NCBI GenBank assembly: GCA_043732305.1
Contig: JAYTHU010000160.1
Coordinates: 1-28,263 of the forward strand
From: Oligoflexia bacterium
GTDB taxonomy: Bacteria; Bdellovibrionota; Bdellovibrionia; JABDDW01
DNA: 28,263 nt
Direction of reading: 5' to 3'
The notes under the pieces are model-generated. The model made no database searches, was not told the origin of the DNA, and saw only the letters and a program-made list of their open reading frames with translations. Below, in pieces: positions 18,216 through 27,888 of the stretch (the first letter of the stretch is position 1; the number at the start of each line of letters is the position of its first letter). A program made the translations under genes and the position numbers.

Positions 18216-19167
18216 AACCGCCATCAAAGTTTTGAGCCGCGAGGCCCGCTTGGGTAAGAACAAATGTTGCGTAACCAGATTCTATTCCGTTCTGAGAATA
18301 GAAAATGATTTTATTTTTAGAATCGATTTTATATTTTTCCAAAATTTGCATTACCAGGCTTTTGTCCACAGGGTTTCCGTCTTTAGAGACAAAACTCGCC
18401 CATGGTAAATTCTTAGCGCCTTCGATGTGATCTTTATTGAAATCGTCTTTTGATCTCAAATCAATCAATGTAAAATCTTTGATCTTCGCTTTTAAAAGTT
18501 CTGCGAGCTGATTTTTTTTGATTCGAAGCTTGTCATTGGGCTTGAGTTTCCAATAAGCGCCTTCAACTTCAGGCTGCTCTTGCTGCTGATTTCGATGAAT
18601 ATTACCAACTTTGGATCGCAAGCCTAAAGCTTCTGCATCGAAAGTATCATAATTAAAAACTTTCACATTGGGCATACCTAAGTAGTTGAGCATCCATGCA
18701 ATGCGACCTTCTTCACCGCGACTTTTCACACCGTCACCAAGAACAATAATTTCAGTGGCAGGCGAAACGCCGTTCACTCTTAATTTTCTTTGAAGCGCGT
18801 TTAAGTCTGGATCAAGATCACTCCTAAAACCATCTTCAGTCTGAGAATAATCTTCCCAGCGAATAGGATGTGATTTCTCAAAGTGACTGAGTGTGAATTC
18901 AAAATAAGGACGAGCATCAAAAATAACTATGGCTGCAGGTTTTGGCTTTTTGACCGTTCCCACAGGCTTGTCTTTATTGATTGCGGGGAGAGGAATGCGA
19001 ATAGGTGGATTGTCAGAGACTGCGCCAATACTCCCGCCAGATATTCCGCTATTGGGTCCGCCAGGTTGTGGAGGCACAGGCAATTGAGCGAAGGACTGCA
19101 CTGCTGTGAATAAAATAAAAAGTAAAACTAAATTCAACGCGGTGGTTGGCAGATCATAAATCTTCAT
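18175..19167 (-). CDS. Exported tandem rhodanese-domain (SseA-like) protein lacking the catalytic Cys
   Basis: Signal peptide (...VQSFA|Q). Motifs IFDARP, GRIAWMLNYLG, LIDLRS..HIEGA..LPW and FDGGYDEW. The active-site loop reads YSQNGIES. Confidence 0.85.
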   Translation of the reverse strand: MKIYDLPTTALNLVLLFILFTAVQSFAQLPVPPQPGGPNSGISGGSIGAVSDNPPIRIPLPAINKDKPVGTVKKPKPAAIVIFDARPYFEFTLSHFEKSHPIRWEDYSQTEDGFRSDLDPDLNALQRKLRVNGVSPATEIIVLGDGVKSRGEEGRIAWMLNYLGMPNVKVFNYDTFDAEALGLRSKVGNIHRNQQQEQPEVEGAYWKLKPNDKLRIKKNQLAELLKAKIKDFTLIDLRSKDDFNKDHIEGAKNLPWASFVSKDGNPVDKSLVMQILEKYKIDSKNKIIFYSQNGIESGYATFVLTQAGLAAQNFDGGYDEWQVDSGKIKK

Positions 19168-20663
19168 TTGAGAGGTCTCATTGTGGGAAACAAAATAATA
19201 TCTCGAATAGAAGGCTCATCAGTTAAAATCATAACTATGCGTTCGATACCTAAACCAACGCCACCCGTGGGAGGCATTCCAACTTCTATCGCACGAATAA
19301 AGTCTTCATCCATGGGATGGAATTCGGCACCAGAGGCACGCTTGCTTTCTTGCACACGTAAGCGTGCCAGCTGCTCTTCGGGATCATTCAACTCGCTATA
19401 AGAATTCCCAACTTCCATCGCGCAAATGAATGGTTCGAATCTCTCGACCAATCCAGGCTTTGTGCGATGTTTTTTGGTCAGAGGAGAAATTTCTTCGGGA
19501 TGATCTAAAATAAATGTGGGCTGAATAAGGTGCTTTTCAGACGTCACTTCAAAAAGTTCCGCGATCATTTCGCCACGAGAAGTTTTTGCTTCTAATCGAG
19601 AGCCGTGCTCTTTTACTTTTTTCCAAATGTCGTCATCACTGGCTTTATCAACGTCGAAGCTTGCGTACTTTTGAATAGCTTCGTGCATTGTGAGTCTGGC
19701 CCAAGGAGGAGCGAGATCAATCTCGGTGCCTTGATACATGACTTTCATTGTTCCGCAAACCTTCATCGCCACATGTGAAACCAAATCTTCGAACTGTTTC
19801 ATTTGGTAATTGTAATCGGTGTAAGCCTCATACCATTCAAGCATTGTGAATTCTGGGTTGTGCGAGCGATCGATGCCTTCGTTTCTGAAATTTTTTGAAA
19901 GATCATAAACTTTTTCAAAACCACCAACAATCAAGCGTTTCAAATAAAGTTCAGGAGAAATTTTCAAAAACAGAGTCATATCCAATGCGAGATGATGAGT
20001 TTTAAAAGGATGAGCCGCCCCACCACCGTAAATTGGCTGAAGCGTAGGAGTTTCCACTTCCAAAAATCCGCGTTCATTCAAAAAACTTCTGATTTCCGCA
20101 ATAACTTTAGAGCGTGTTTCGAAAACTTTTCGTGCGTCAGGGCCTGTGACTAAATCCAAATAGCGCTGGCGGTATTTAGTTTCAATGTCGGTCAATCCTG
20201 AATGCTTGTCAGGCAAAGGCTCTAGAGTTTTGCAAAGCATCGTCAATTTTTTACAGCTGACAGTGAGTTCACCCGTCTTGGTGGAGAAAATAAATCCTTC
20301 CACACCAACAATGTCCCCAAGGTCAAGAAGATCAAAAACAATTTTGTCTTCAGGTGCGAGTTCGGTAGTTTTCAGATAAATTTGAATCGTGCCCGATTGA
20401 TCCTGAAGATTAAAGAAAACAACTTTTCCCATGATTCGAACGGTCATCACGCGGCCAGCAATTTTCACATGAACGTCTTCGAGATGTTCCGTTGCTTTCA
20501 GATGACCATACTTTGTGCGAAGTTCCGCGGCAGTGGTATTTCGATCATAGCTGTAAGGGTAAGGATTGATTCCCGCTTTTCTCAAATCATTGAGCTTGCG
20601 TCTTTTTTCCGCTTTTATGGGATTATCATTCTCGTTTGACGTTGGAATCAACGTTGGGGTCAT
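19164..20663 (-). CDS. lysS: Lysine--tRNA ligase, class II
   Basis: OB-fold AGRVM, YRQRYLDL, LEVETP, ISPELYLKRLIVGG, FRNEG..HNPEFTMLEWY, GMPPTGGVGLGIER. Confidence 0.98.
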   Translation of the reverse strand: MTPTLIPTSNENDNPIKAEKRRKLNDLRKAGINPYPYSYDRNTTAAELRTKYGHLKATEHLEDVHVKIAGRVMTVRIMGKVVFFNLQDQSGTIQIYLKTTELAPEDKIVFDLLDLGDIVGVEGFIFSTKTGELTVSCKKLTMLCKTLEPLPDKHSGLTDIETKYRQRYLDLVTGPDARKVFETRSKVIAEIRSFLNERGFLEVETPTLQPIYGGGAAHPFKTHHLALDMTLFLKISPELYLKRLIVGGFEKVYDLSKNFRNEGIDRSHNPEFTMLEWYEAYTDYNYQMKQFEDLVSHVAMKVCGTMKVMYQGTEIDLAPPWARLTMHEAIQKYASFDVDKASDDDIWKKVKEHGSRLEAKTSRGEMIAELFEVTSEKHLIQPTFILDHPEEISPLTKKHRTKPGLVERFEPFICAMEVGNSYSELNDPEEQLARLRVQESKRASGAEFHPMDEDFIRAIEVGMPPTGGVGLGIERIVMILTDEPSIRDIILFPTMRPLK

Positions 20664-21589
20664 CGTGCTTGCGCTTTGAAAATGTCTTGAACCGTATTCA
20701 AAAGCTTGATGGCCTCATCCTTAGGTCTTTGAAATGCATTTCGACCCATGATGCTACCGAAAGCTCCGCCGATGGCGAGCTCGCGTACTTCATCGAGAAC
20801 TTCAGCTTCAGATTTCGCCACACCACCCGAAAAAATCACGATGCGTCTGCCAGCAAATGAACTTTGAATCACGTGCCTTGTTCGATCAGCCAGACTCTCA
20901 ATGGGAATTTTTAATTTTTCATAAACTTTAGCCGCATCCGCTTGTTCTACTTTAGATGATGGCGCTTTGACTTTAATAATATGTGCACCCAACTGTGCAG
21001 CAATTTGTGCGGCATACGCAATCACGTCAATTGCTGTTTCCCCTTCTTTGCTCAGAGAAGTTCCTCGCGGATATGCCCAAACCACAACCACCAAACCTTT
21101 AGCTTTCGCTTCAGCGGTTATTTCACGCAAATCTTCATACATTCCATTTCGCAGAGAACTCCCGGGATAAATGGTGTAGCCAATTGCAGAACAACCCAAG
21201 CGCAAAGCTTCGTCGACACTGCCGGTGATGGCAGAACAAGGATCTTTGGATAAGAAAAGTGAATCAGAATTGTTAAGTTTCAATATTGTTGGGATTTGTC
21301 CTGCAAATTCTTGAGCGCCGGCTTCAATAAATCCTAAAGGTGCTGCGTAAGCATTGCATCCAGATTCAATTGCGAGTTGAAAGTGATAACGAGGATCATA
21401 CCCAGCGGCATTCATGGCGAAAGATCTCGCAGGCCCATGTTCGAAACCTTGATCGACAGGTAAAATCACCATCTTGCCTGTTCCCGCAAGACGTCCCGTG
21501 TTCATCATTCGGGCAAGATTTGCCAGAACTCCAGGATTGTCTGAGCCATACCAGCTTAAAATCTCTTTTACACGTGCAGTGAGAGCCAT
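20660..21589 (-). CDS. fbaB: Class I fructose-bisphosphate aldolase (DhnA/FbaB type)
   Basis: ILPVDQGFEHGP, GYTIYPGS, WAYPRG, IIKVK (Schiff-base Lys), FSGG, MGRNAFQR. SD AAGGAG precedes ATG 21589. Confidence 0.93.
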   Translation of the reverse strand: MALTARVKEILSWYGSDNPGVLANLARMMNTGRLAGTGKMVILPVDQGFEHGPARSFAMNAAGYDPRYHFQLAIESGCNAYAAPLGFIEAGAQEFAGQIPTILKLNNSDSLFLSKDPCSAITGSVDEALRLGCSAIGYTIYPGSSLRNGMYEDLREITAEAKAKGLVVVVWAYPRGTSLSKEGETAIDVIAYAAQIAAQLGAHIIKVKAPSSKVEQADAAKVYEKLKIPIESLADRTRHVIQSSFAGRRIVIFSGGVAKSEAEVLDEVRELAIGGAFGSIMGRNAFQRPKDEAIKLLNTVQDIFKAQAR

Positions 21590-21669
21590 GGATTCTCCTT
21601 CAAAGATGAGTTGAATTATCAACTACTATCAACCATGGGCCACCACATTTATGCAAGGTTTAACGCCGA

Positions 21670-22527
21670 CTAAAAAACCACCTGAATGTAGATTTCGGCT
21701 TGTGCTTCATTTAGAGAAACCAATCTGGGCGCATCATAAACAGAGCCGTTCACATAAATAGGAAAGTGAATTCGAGGCTCGATAAAAACCATTGGAAAAG
21801 ATTTTGGCGCAACTTGAATATTCAAGAAAGGATAGATGTCAGAGGTTACGCCCGTAAGAGTGACAGGATGCTCTTCCATTTGAGTGTGTTGACCGATCCC
21901 ATATCTCAGCCACTTATTGAGTGGCTTTGATACTGTAAGATAATCTTCGATAAAGAATGTGGTGTCATCCGGAGCGTATTGCGGCTGCGAAAAATACCGG
22001 GGTATTAGAACGTTAAAAAAATTAATTTTATTTTTGAGTTTGGCGACTGTGTACCAGTAATAACTCTGCTCCCAAAGATGCTGATGCACAGAATAATCCC
22101 CGACCTGGAGATATTCTTTCATTAGGCCCCACATCTTTACTTTGTCATTTTCATAGATAGGATGAAGAATGCCTATACTTGGATCCTCTGGCGCCGTGGT
22201 ACTTCGGCCGCGACTGCCATTTGAATTTTGTGATTCCACGCCTTGAGCAAACAAACCCCAACCTGATTTTGTCTGCACCGTCGCGAAATATTCATTCTTC
22301 GAATAAAGTCTCCGGCCACTTGGATTCTCAAGCTCTCTGGCACGACCAAATTCATTGAAAGATTTTATCCCCCCATGAATCACAAGGTCTTTTAAATTTT
22401 CGGAGAAACCTTCTGGTTGAGTGGCTGCACCGGCCGCCTCGATAATTCCTGGCGAAGAAACGCCCATTGAAAAAGAATCTGCGGATGAAAATAAAAACGA
22501 TAGAAATAAAAAAAGAATTCCCCTCAT
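21670..22527 (-). CDS. Hypothetical exported protein, probable outer-membrane beta-barrel
   Basis: ATG 22527 follows a G-rich SD. Signal peptide MRGILFLFLSFLFSSADSFS. Aromatic-rich alternating strands and a terminal ...AEIYIQVVF resembling the BAM beta-signal. Confidence 0.65.
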   Translation of the reverse strand: MRGILFLFLSFLFSSADSFSMGVSSPGIIEAAGAATQPEGFSENLKDLVIHGGIKSFNEFGRARELENPSGRRLYSKNEYFATVQTKSGWGLFAQGVESQNSNGSRGRSTTAPEDPSIGILHPIYENDKVKMWGLMKEYLQVGDYSVHQHLWEQSYYWYTVAKLKNKINFFNVLIPRYFSQPQYAPDDTTFFIEDYLTVSKPLNKWLRYGIGQHTQMEEHPVTLTGVTSDIYPFLNIQVAPKSFPMVFIEPRIHFPIYVNGSVYDAPRLVSLNEAQAEIYIQVVF

Positions 22528-22774
22528 CGATAACCCCCCGGTTCGAGTGAAAGTACACGTCCAGTTAGTTGTCTGATTATTAACGTTCCGAAGCAAGCGG
22601 ATCTTTGATTGAAAATAACCTGGAAATTAAGATCATCACAGATTTACCGACGAATTATAAATTTTTTATTATTCTAGGAATCTGTCAAAAAATGAAGGAA
22701 TATTTTTCATTATTCTTGTAGCCTTCGCGGTTTACATTCGTTTATAAATTATATGTAACCGGGAGGGGGACCCA

Positions 22775-23965
22775 GTGACAAAAGTACAAACACTTTATGT
22801 GTTTGCCGTAGTGATGGGGATCGCTACAGCGAATGCACAAGAAAATCAGATCACCGGGCAACCGGTGATCGACGAAACATCCACATTAACAAAATCTATT
22901 TCACCAACTGAAATAAACTCTGTAAAATACAAGGCAGATGTGGAGGTGTACGGTGAAGCATTCAGTATCACTGACAATTATTTTAAAGAGGGTGGCGCGT
23001 TCACGGATATAGTCCCGCACATAAATGCCAGATACAATTCGTGGCTTGCCCTTGATTTTCAATTCGAATTGTTTTTTAGATCCGCAAATACGGAAAGCCG
23101 ATTCACGCAAGAAGGAAAAGCCACCAGAGCGCTTTTCATTGATTCGGCAGCGCTTGTGGTCAATCCACTTCCCGGCCTCACACTCAGTGGCGGGATTATT
23201 TATCAAGCTATCAATCCAATCAGATCCATCGTCTCCGAAGAAGGATCTGCAGGCGCATCAGAAAAATATGAGATCCCAATTAATCCACAAAATAAATTTA
23301 TTCTTATAGCGAGCGAGCTGATTCCTAATTCGGGAACGGTCACTCCAGGAATAATCGACGATGCTCCGAGCGCTTTCTTTCTGACACAAACTTTGGAGTA
23401 CGAAGCCGACATAAAAGCTCTCAGAACTGAAGTGAAGATGGCAGTCACCCACTTTGAATATGGAAATCTTTCCAGCAACGTGGCTTCAGACAGCATGTTT
23501 ATAGGAAATGATATTCGTTCATTTTCAGGAATTGGACCCAACACTCATTTTTCCATCGGATTCTCAGGACTAGAATCATCAGCGGAGGCGGTCACCCACC
23601 TTGATAGAACATTGAATATGAAACTAGGGACGTCTATCATTCAAAACACCGAAGCTCCTTCGGATCGAAATTTTGGCGCTCAGGGCTTTGTCGAACTCAC
23701 GGCAAAACTGGGAAACATAAAAATCAGCCCAGCTTTGAAATACTTTAAAGTTGGAGCCGATGTCACTCCCGCAACTTACACCATTCTGCCTTACCGTTAT
23801 TTTGATCGCCAAGGTTTTACAGTAGGAATGGCCGTTGAATTGATAAAAGAAAAAATCACTTTTTTTGGAAATTACACTAATAGCAGTTTGATTTTACCTA
23901 GTCGTTATTTAGCAAACAGAGAAATGTATTACTTAGGCTTGGAGGCAAAATATGATGTTCTGTAA
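22775..23965 (+). CDS. Hypothetical exported protein, probable porin-like beta-barrel
   Basis: GTG start after GGGAGGGG. Signal peptide (...ATANA|Q). Many amphipathic strands, ending YYLGLEAKYDVL. Confidence 0.7.
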   Translation: MTKVQTLYVFAVVMGIATANAQENQITGQPVIDETSTLTKSISPTEINSVKYKADVEVYGEAFSITDNYFKEGGAFTDIVPHINARYNSWLALDFQFELFFRSANTESRFTQEGKATRALFIDSAALVVNPLPGLTLSGGIIYQAINPIRSIVSEEGSAGASEKYEIPINPQNKFILIASELIPNSGTVTPGIIDDAPSAFFLTQTLEYEADIKALRTEVKMAVTHFEYGNLSSNVASDSMFIGNDIRSFSGIGPNTHFSIGFSGLESSAEAVTHLDRTLNMKLGTSIIQNTEAPSDRNFGAQGFVELTAKLGNIKISPALKYFKVGADVTPATYTILPYRYFDRQGFTVGMAVELIKEKITFFGNYTNSSLILPSRYLANREMYYLGLEAKYDVL

Positions 23966-26123
23966 ATCAGCACGCATTGCAGTACCCCTCGTTCTATCTT
24001 GTTTCGCTGTGCTCACTCTTAATTCCTGTGCCCGAAAGGACACTCACGTGGGAAATAACACGGGCAATGCCACTTTTTACGTGGACTCGGTAACGGGAAG
24101 TTTTACTTCTGACACTTTAACGGATTCGCAATTTGTAAATCGCAAATTCGCAAACTTCACCGCCTGCGTGAAGGACAATGGAATGATGGCACCGATCCCA
24201 GGTCTGCAGTTTCAAATTTCTGCGGGCAGTGTGAACATCACCAAGTCAACCGATGAAAGAGGCTGTCTTGTTTGGCAAGAGCTGATTTCTTTTGCGTCTG
24301 TTCAAGATGAAACACAAATGGGAATGACCAGAGTTATTACTGGTGTCGAAGGCCATAGTGGAAGCGAAACCGTGCAGCTCGCTTATGACCCCTGGAACGG
24401 TGACAAATTAATTTTTCTCAAAAGAGAAGCTGCCCGAGCAGCCGATCCTTCTATTGTGAATTACTCAGCTGGCGGCCAAGAGATCAAGTCCACCAATTCC
24501 ACCGGAGTAAGTTATTCCGTTCGAGTAGACATTCGCACGACAATCCTTTCGAAAGCAAAGAAACCAAGTTTTATCTCAAGCATGACGATGCAATTTTTAA
24601 AAAGAGATTTTGATAAGTATGAGATCAATTCAGCTCTGGGACTCACACTCGCCCAACAATATCGATTGAAGTTCACCTCAGCCGTGTTGCGAAGAACATT
24701 TGACCAAGGGGTTGTGGCACAAAATATCAACGGTGGAAATTTCAGATTTTATTTTGTTCTCTTGAGCGAAGGTTATAATTCAAAAACTACCGCTCCGAAT
24801 GATCTACAAAAATATGTGGTGTCCGCCAATCAATTTGAAACGTCAGCTTCAATTGGAAGATTCATTTATGACGTCACTTTGAAGTTTAATAATATTGCAG
24901 CTCTCGCCAGCAGACTGACCGGAGTTCTGACCGTCGTATCCATTGATCAGCCAGATACTTTTTCCGAAAGTTCATTTGAAGGAACTCTCTCACCCATCGC
25001 AGGAGGAGGAAGTCAGGGTATTGATCTGATTCCGTCTGATTTGAACGCGCGTGCTATTCTCATGCAAACGCAAGTGATTCAGGCACAGCAAGTGCAAATG
25101 ACAGGGATTGATGTCTTTGCTAAGTACTCAGGTTTTGTTCCGACAGATAAATCCGCCGTTACATTTCAGGGAGCAAAAATTCCTTTTCAAAAAATTCCAG
25201 TCGTAGAAACCTTCGATATTATGGCGATCTTCAACAAAATGAAGACCAAGCAAACCTTGACTCCAGATGATCTCAAGCATTTTGGAGCGTCTCTTTGCTA
25301 CAAGTATTTCAATGGCAGTATTGATTATGCGAAAAATAAAGCGGCCTACTTGAGCTGCGTCGCAAATTCAGACACCATGATCAAGGCCGGAGTGAGAGAT
25401 TTTGTTGAGAAAATAAATAATCCTGTTCCTAGAGAAATTGGTCATTTGCCAGTAGAAAACTTATCTGTTTCTGTCGGTATGGATTTTTCACAAAGCAATT
25501 CGCAGAGCAAAGGCACTAGCACCAATAGTACCAACTCAGTGACAGCAGCCATTGGTGGAGGAATCGGAGTCGACTTCGGGAAAATATTGCCCGCACCGTT
25601 TAATTTTTCCGCTTCCCTTGGTGCAAAAATGTCACGCGGCCAAGAGTGGTACACGACCACTGGCGTGGACACAACGACCAAAAACACGACAAGCTCAAAT
25701 TCAGTTCGTGCAATGAATGTGTTATCCGATGCTTTCAAATTTTCCATCGATGCTACAACCAGGTCATGTTTGTTGATTATTCCTAGCCCTGCCCTTGAAG
25801 AACAATTAGGAACAACGGCTCATCCCAAAGGAAAATATCTCTGCGCAGAACAGGTAGATAGCGGCCAACGGGAAGAAACCTATTATTTCCTGAATGAAAA
25901 CTCCGGCGCAAGCGGATCACCTCTGAGTGACAATATGTCTTCTGAGGATAATCCATGGAGAATGTTTATTCGAGGAACACAGATGTACAATTACATGACT
26001 CAGCTCTTTAGCCAGAAGGCGGCGGTGTTGACAGTGCAAAAGGTTGTCGAGCCTATTTCTGGGCCACTTGCAGACGGCTTCTTTATGACACAAGAGTTTC
26101 CAGGTATGCTGAGTCCGCAATAA
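23952..26123 (+). CDS. Large hypothetical lipoprotein with a Ser/Thr-rich amphipathic beta-hairpin region
   Basis: 723-aa ORF, lipobox LTLNS|C, several Cys residues that could pair, and a 14-nt overlap with the upstream gene. Confidence 0.75.
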   Translation: MMFCKSARIAVPLVLSCFAVLTLNSCARKDTHVGNNTGNATFYVDSVTGSFTSDTLTDSQFVNRKFANFTACVKDNGMMAPIPGLQFQISAGSVNITKSTDERGCLVWQELISFASVQDETQMGMTRVITGVEGHSGSETVQLAYDPWNGDKLIFLKREAARAADPSIVNYSAGGQEIKSTNSTGVSYSVRVDIRTTILSKAKKPSFISSMTMQFLKRDFDKYEINSALGLTLAQQYRLKFTSAVLRRTFDQGVVAQNINGGNFRFYFVLLSEGYNSKTTAPNDLQKYVVSANQFETSASIGRFIYDVTLKFNNIAALASRLTGVLTVVSIDQPDTFSESSFEGTLSPIAGGGSQGIDLIPSDLNARAILMQTQVIQAQQVQMTGIDVFAKYSGFVPTDKSAVTFQGAKIPFQKIPVVETFDIMAIFNKMKTKQTLTPDDLKHFGASLCYKYFNGSIDYAKNKAAYLSCVANSDTMIKAGVRDFVEKINNPVPREIGHLPVENLSVSVGMDFSQSNSQSKGTSTNSTNSVTAAIGGGIGVDFGKILPAPFNFSASLGAKMSRGQEWYTTTGVDTTTKNTTSSNSVRAMNVLSDAFKFSIDATTRSCLLIIPSPALEEQLGTTAHPKGKYLCAEQVDSGQREETYYFLNENSGASGSPLSDNMSSEDNPWRMFIRGTQMYNYMTQLFSQKAAVLTVQKVVEPISGPLADGFFMTQEFPGMLSPQ

Positions 26124-26145
26124 GCAAAACTTGAAAGGGGTTTTA

Positions 26146-26553
26146 ATGAAAAGTATCATTGTTACAACTATTCTTATTTCTATCGGAAGTTTAGCTCAGG
26201 CTGGACAAGGACCATGTTTAAATCCAAAGGCGTTTTTGCTTTGTCAGGAATTGCTAGAAATCTCCTCAGGACAATATATCGTATCAAGCTCAAATTTCGG
26301 AAATATTGCGGACACGCAACCCGAGCCTTTTGACCCATCCAGTTGTGAAGCATCAGTTGTGATTGCCACTCTCGAAGAAAAATTTGTAGCCAATTACATA
26401 GAGAAATCTGTTGAAGGTGGCCTATTAACAGTATTTGTTGATGCCGGGCGGAAAGAAACTTTGCTGGCCCAGTCGCTGCCGATAAACATTCGCCAAAATT
26501 ACTCAAACTTTAGGTATGGAACTCGAGATTTCCGCTGCAGAATCAGTCAATGA
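26146..26553 (+). CDS. Small secreted hypothetical protein with four Cys
   Basis: ATG 26146 after AAAGGGG. Signal peptide MKSIIVTTILISIGSLAQA. Confidence 0.7.
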   Translation: MKSIIVTTILISIGSLAQAGQGPCLNPKAFLLCQELLEISSGQYIVSSSNFGNIADTQPEPFDPSSCEASVVIATLEEKFVANYIEKSVEGGLLTVFVDAGRKETLLAQSLPINIRQNYSNFRYGTRDFRCRISQ

Positions 26554-26976
26554 AGCTTCTTTTTTTACTACTTACTGTTTTCGGATTCAAGATAGGGGCG
26601 GATGCTGATGCCCCCCATTCTTCAGATCGGAAATCCGTATGTCTATGCACCCGTGAACGGATCTAAGATAACGGCCGGACATGGAGAATTTAAAAATCTT
26701 TCTAAGTTGCCCGCTAAAATATCAGTGATCTCTATGCAAGGATTTAAATCTGCAGAAATGCATGAAACGGCAGAAGATTAAAATGACATTTCCACTATGC
26801 GTTTAACTAAAAATATAACTATTCCAACTCTTGAATTCCTGCTTTTAAAACCAGCCGGCCACCACCTTATGTTACTCGGCGCCACGCGTGAAATCAAAAC
26901 CGGCGAAACACTCAAAGCGGTTTTCATCATCAACGGCAAGCAAGCAAGCTTTGATTTTAAAGTGATCTCTCGCTAA
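26550..26976 (+). pseudogene. Copper chaperone PCu(A)C pseudogene
   Basis: ATGA-coupled start MKLLFLLLTVF. After a +1 shift at or near the C6 run (26611-26616) it reads ILQIGNPYVYAP...TAGHGEFKN...AEMHETAED*NDISTM-x21-HLMLLG...GETLK, the PCu(A)C H..M-x21-HxM motif. In-frame TAA at 26779-26781. Confidence 0.85.
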
Positions 26977-26982
26977 ACAGGC

Positions 26983-27861
26983 TTATCTGACCAGGTGTTT
27001 TAAATCAACGCGACGATTATGAATGACGGCATTCATCACCGCATCTGTCAGTTGATCCTGAGGAAGAACATTAAAACCAAGTTTTCCAGGCTTCCGCGAC
27101 AATGGCATTCCAAAAACTTCGTGAAATAATTCACCAGCAGTCTGATTCTTAAAACCAAACTGAAAAGCCTTGTTTGTCCCCCTCACTTCGCGCATCCCTT
27201 TGGGCGAACCCCAAACAAGATTTTCTCTGGCTGTTTGACTCAGACCTTGGACTCCCACGAACTGACCGTCTTTGAATTTAAATTCTATTTCATCGAATAG
27301 AGCATCAGATTCCGAATATGGAAAGCGATAGCCCACCGTGATGGTTATTTCCAGCAGGTGATCTTGCTTTTGAATAAGAGATATCCGGGTGTATTCTTTG
27401 TCAAAAACAGCTGGCTTGGGAGTATCTTCATAGATCAAAACAAATTTGTCCATGACGAGATCATTCTTTGGTTCCGCAGTGTAATTGAAAGTCACGTTTG
27501 AAGTTTCAGTTTCATATTCTTTACTGACGTCACTACCAATGCCGGCAGCTGAACGAAAAGTTAGATCTAATTTTAGACCATCTCCCACATCTATCGTACT
27601 GTGAACATGATCACTTTCCACAGAGGAACCATCCGGGGCATGGATTGTTGCAAAACGAATTCCATTTGGTAGCTTGGTCATAGTAATAACAGATTGGGTT
27701 TGCATGAGGATCGGAAGCTTTTCCCGAGTGATACCGAACTCACAGAATCTCTTAAGGGCGACTTCGCAAGCACTGGAACGTTTGCTCATCGGGCTAGCAA
27801 CAGCACTCACGGCTGAAAGACTCAGCAAATTCACAAAAGTAACAAATAAAATTTTTCCCAA
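26983..27861 (-). CDS. Hypothetical exported protein
   Basis: 292-aa ORF, TTG start after AAGGGG/GGGGA, signal peptide (...SAVA|S). Confidence 0.7.
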   Translation of the reverse strand: MGKILFVTFVNLLSLSAVSAVASPMSKRSSACEVALKRFCEFGITREKLPILMQTQSVITMTKLPNGIRFATIHAPDGSSVESDHVHSTIDVGDGLKLDLTFRSAAGIGSDVSKEYETETSNVTFNYTAEPKNDLVMDKFVLIYEDTPKPAVFDKEYTRISLIQKQDHLLEITITVGYRFPYSESDALFDEIEFKFKDGQFVGVQGLSQTARENLVWGSPKGMREVRGTNKAFQFGFKNQTAGELFHEVFGMPLSRKPGKLGFNVLPQDQLTDAVMNAVIHNRRVDLKHLVR

Positions 27862-27888
27862 TCCCCGGTCCCCTTGATTTCTAGATCG

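Noticed and set aside
22528..22774. CRP-like or sigma-54 sites in the divergent spacer
   Set aside because: Only a TCACA half-site and a TTGC without the -24 GG were found.
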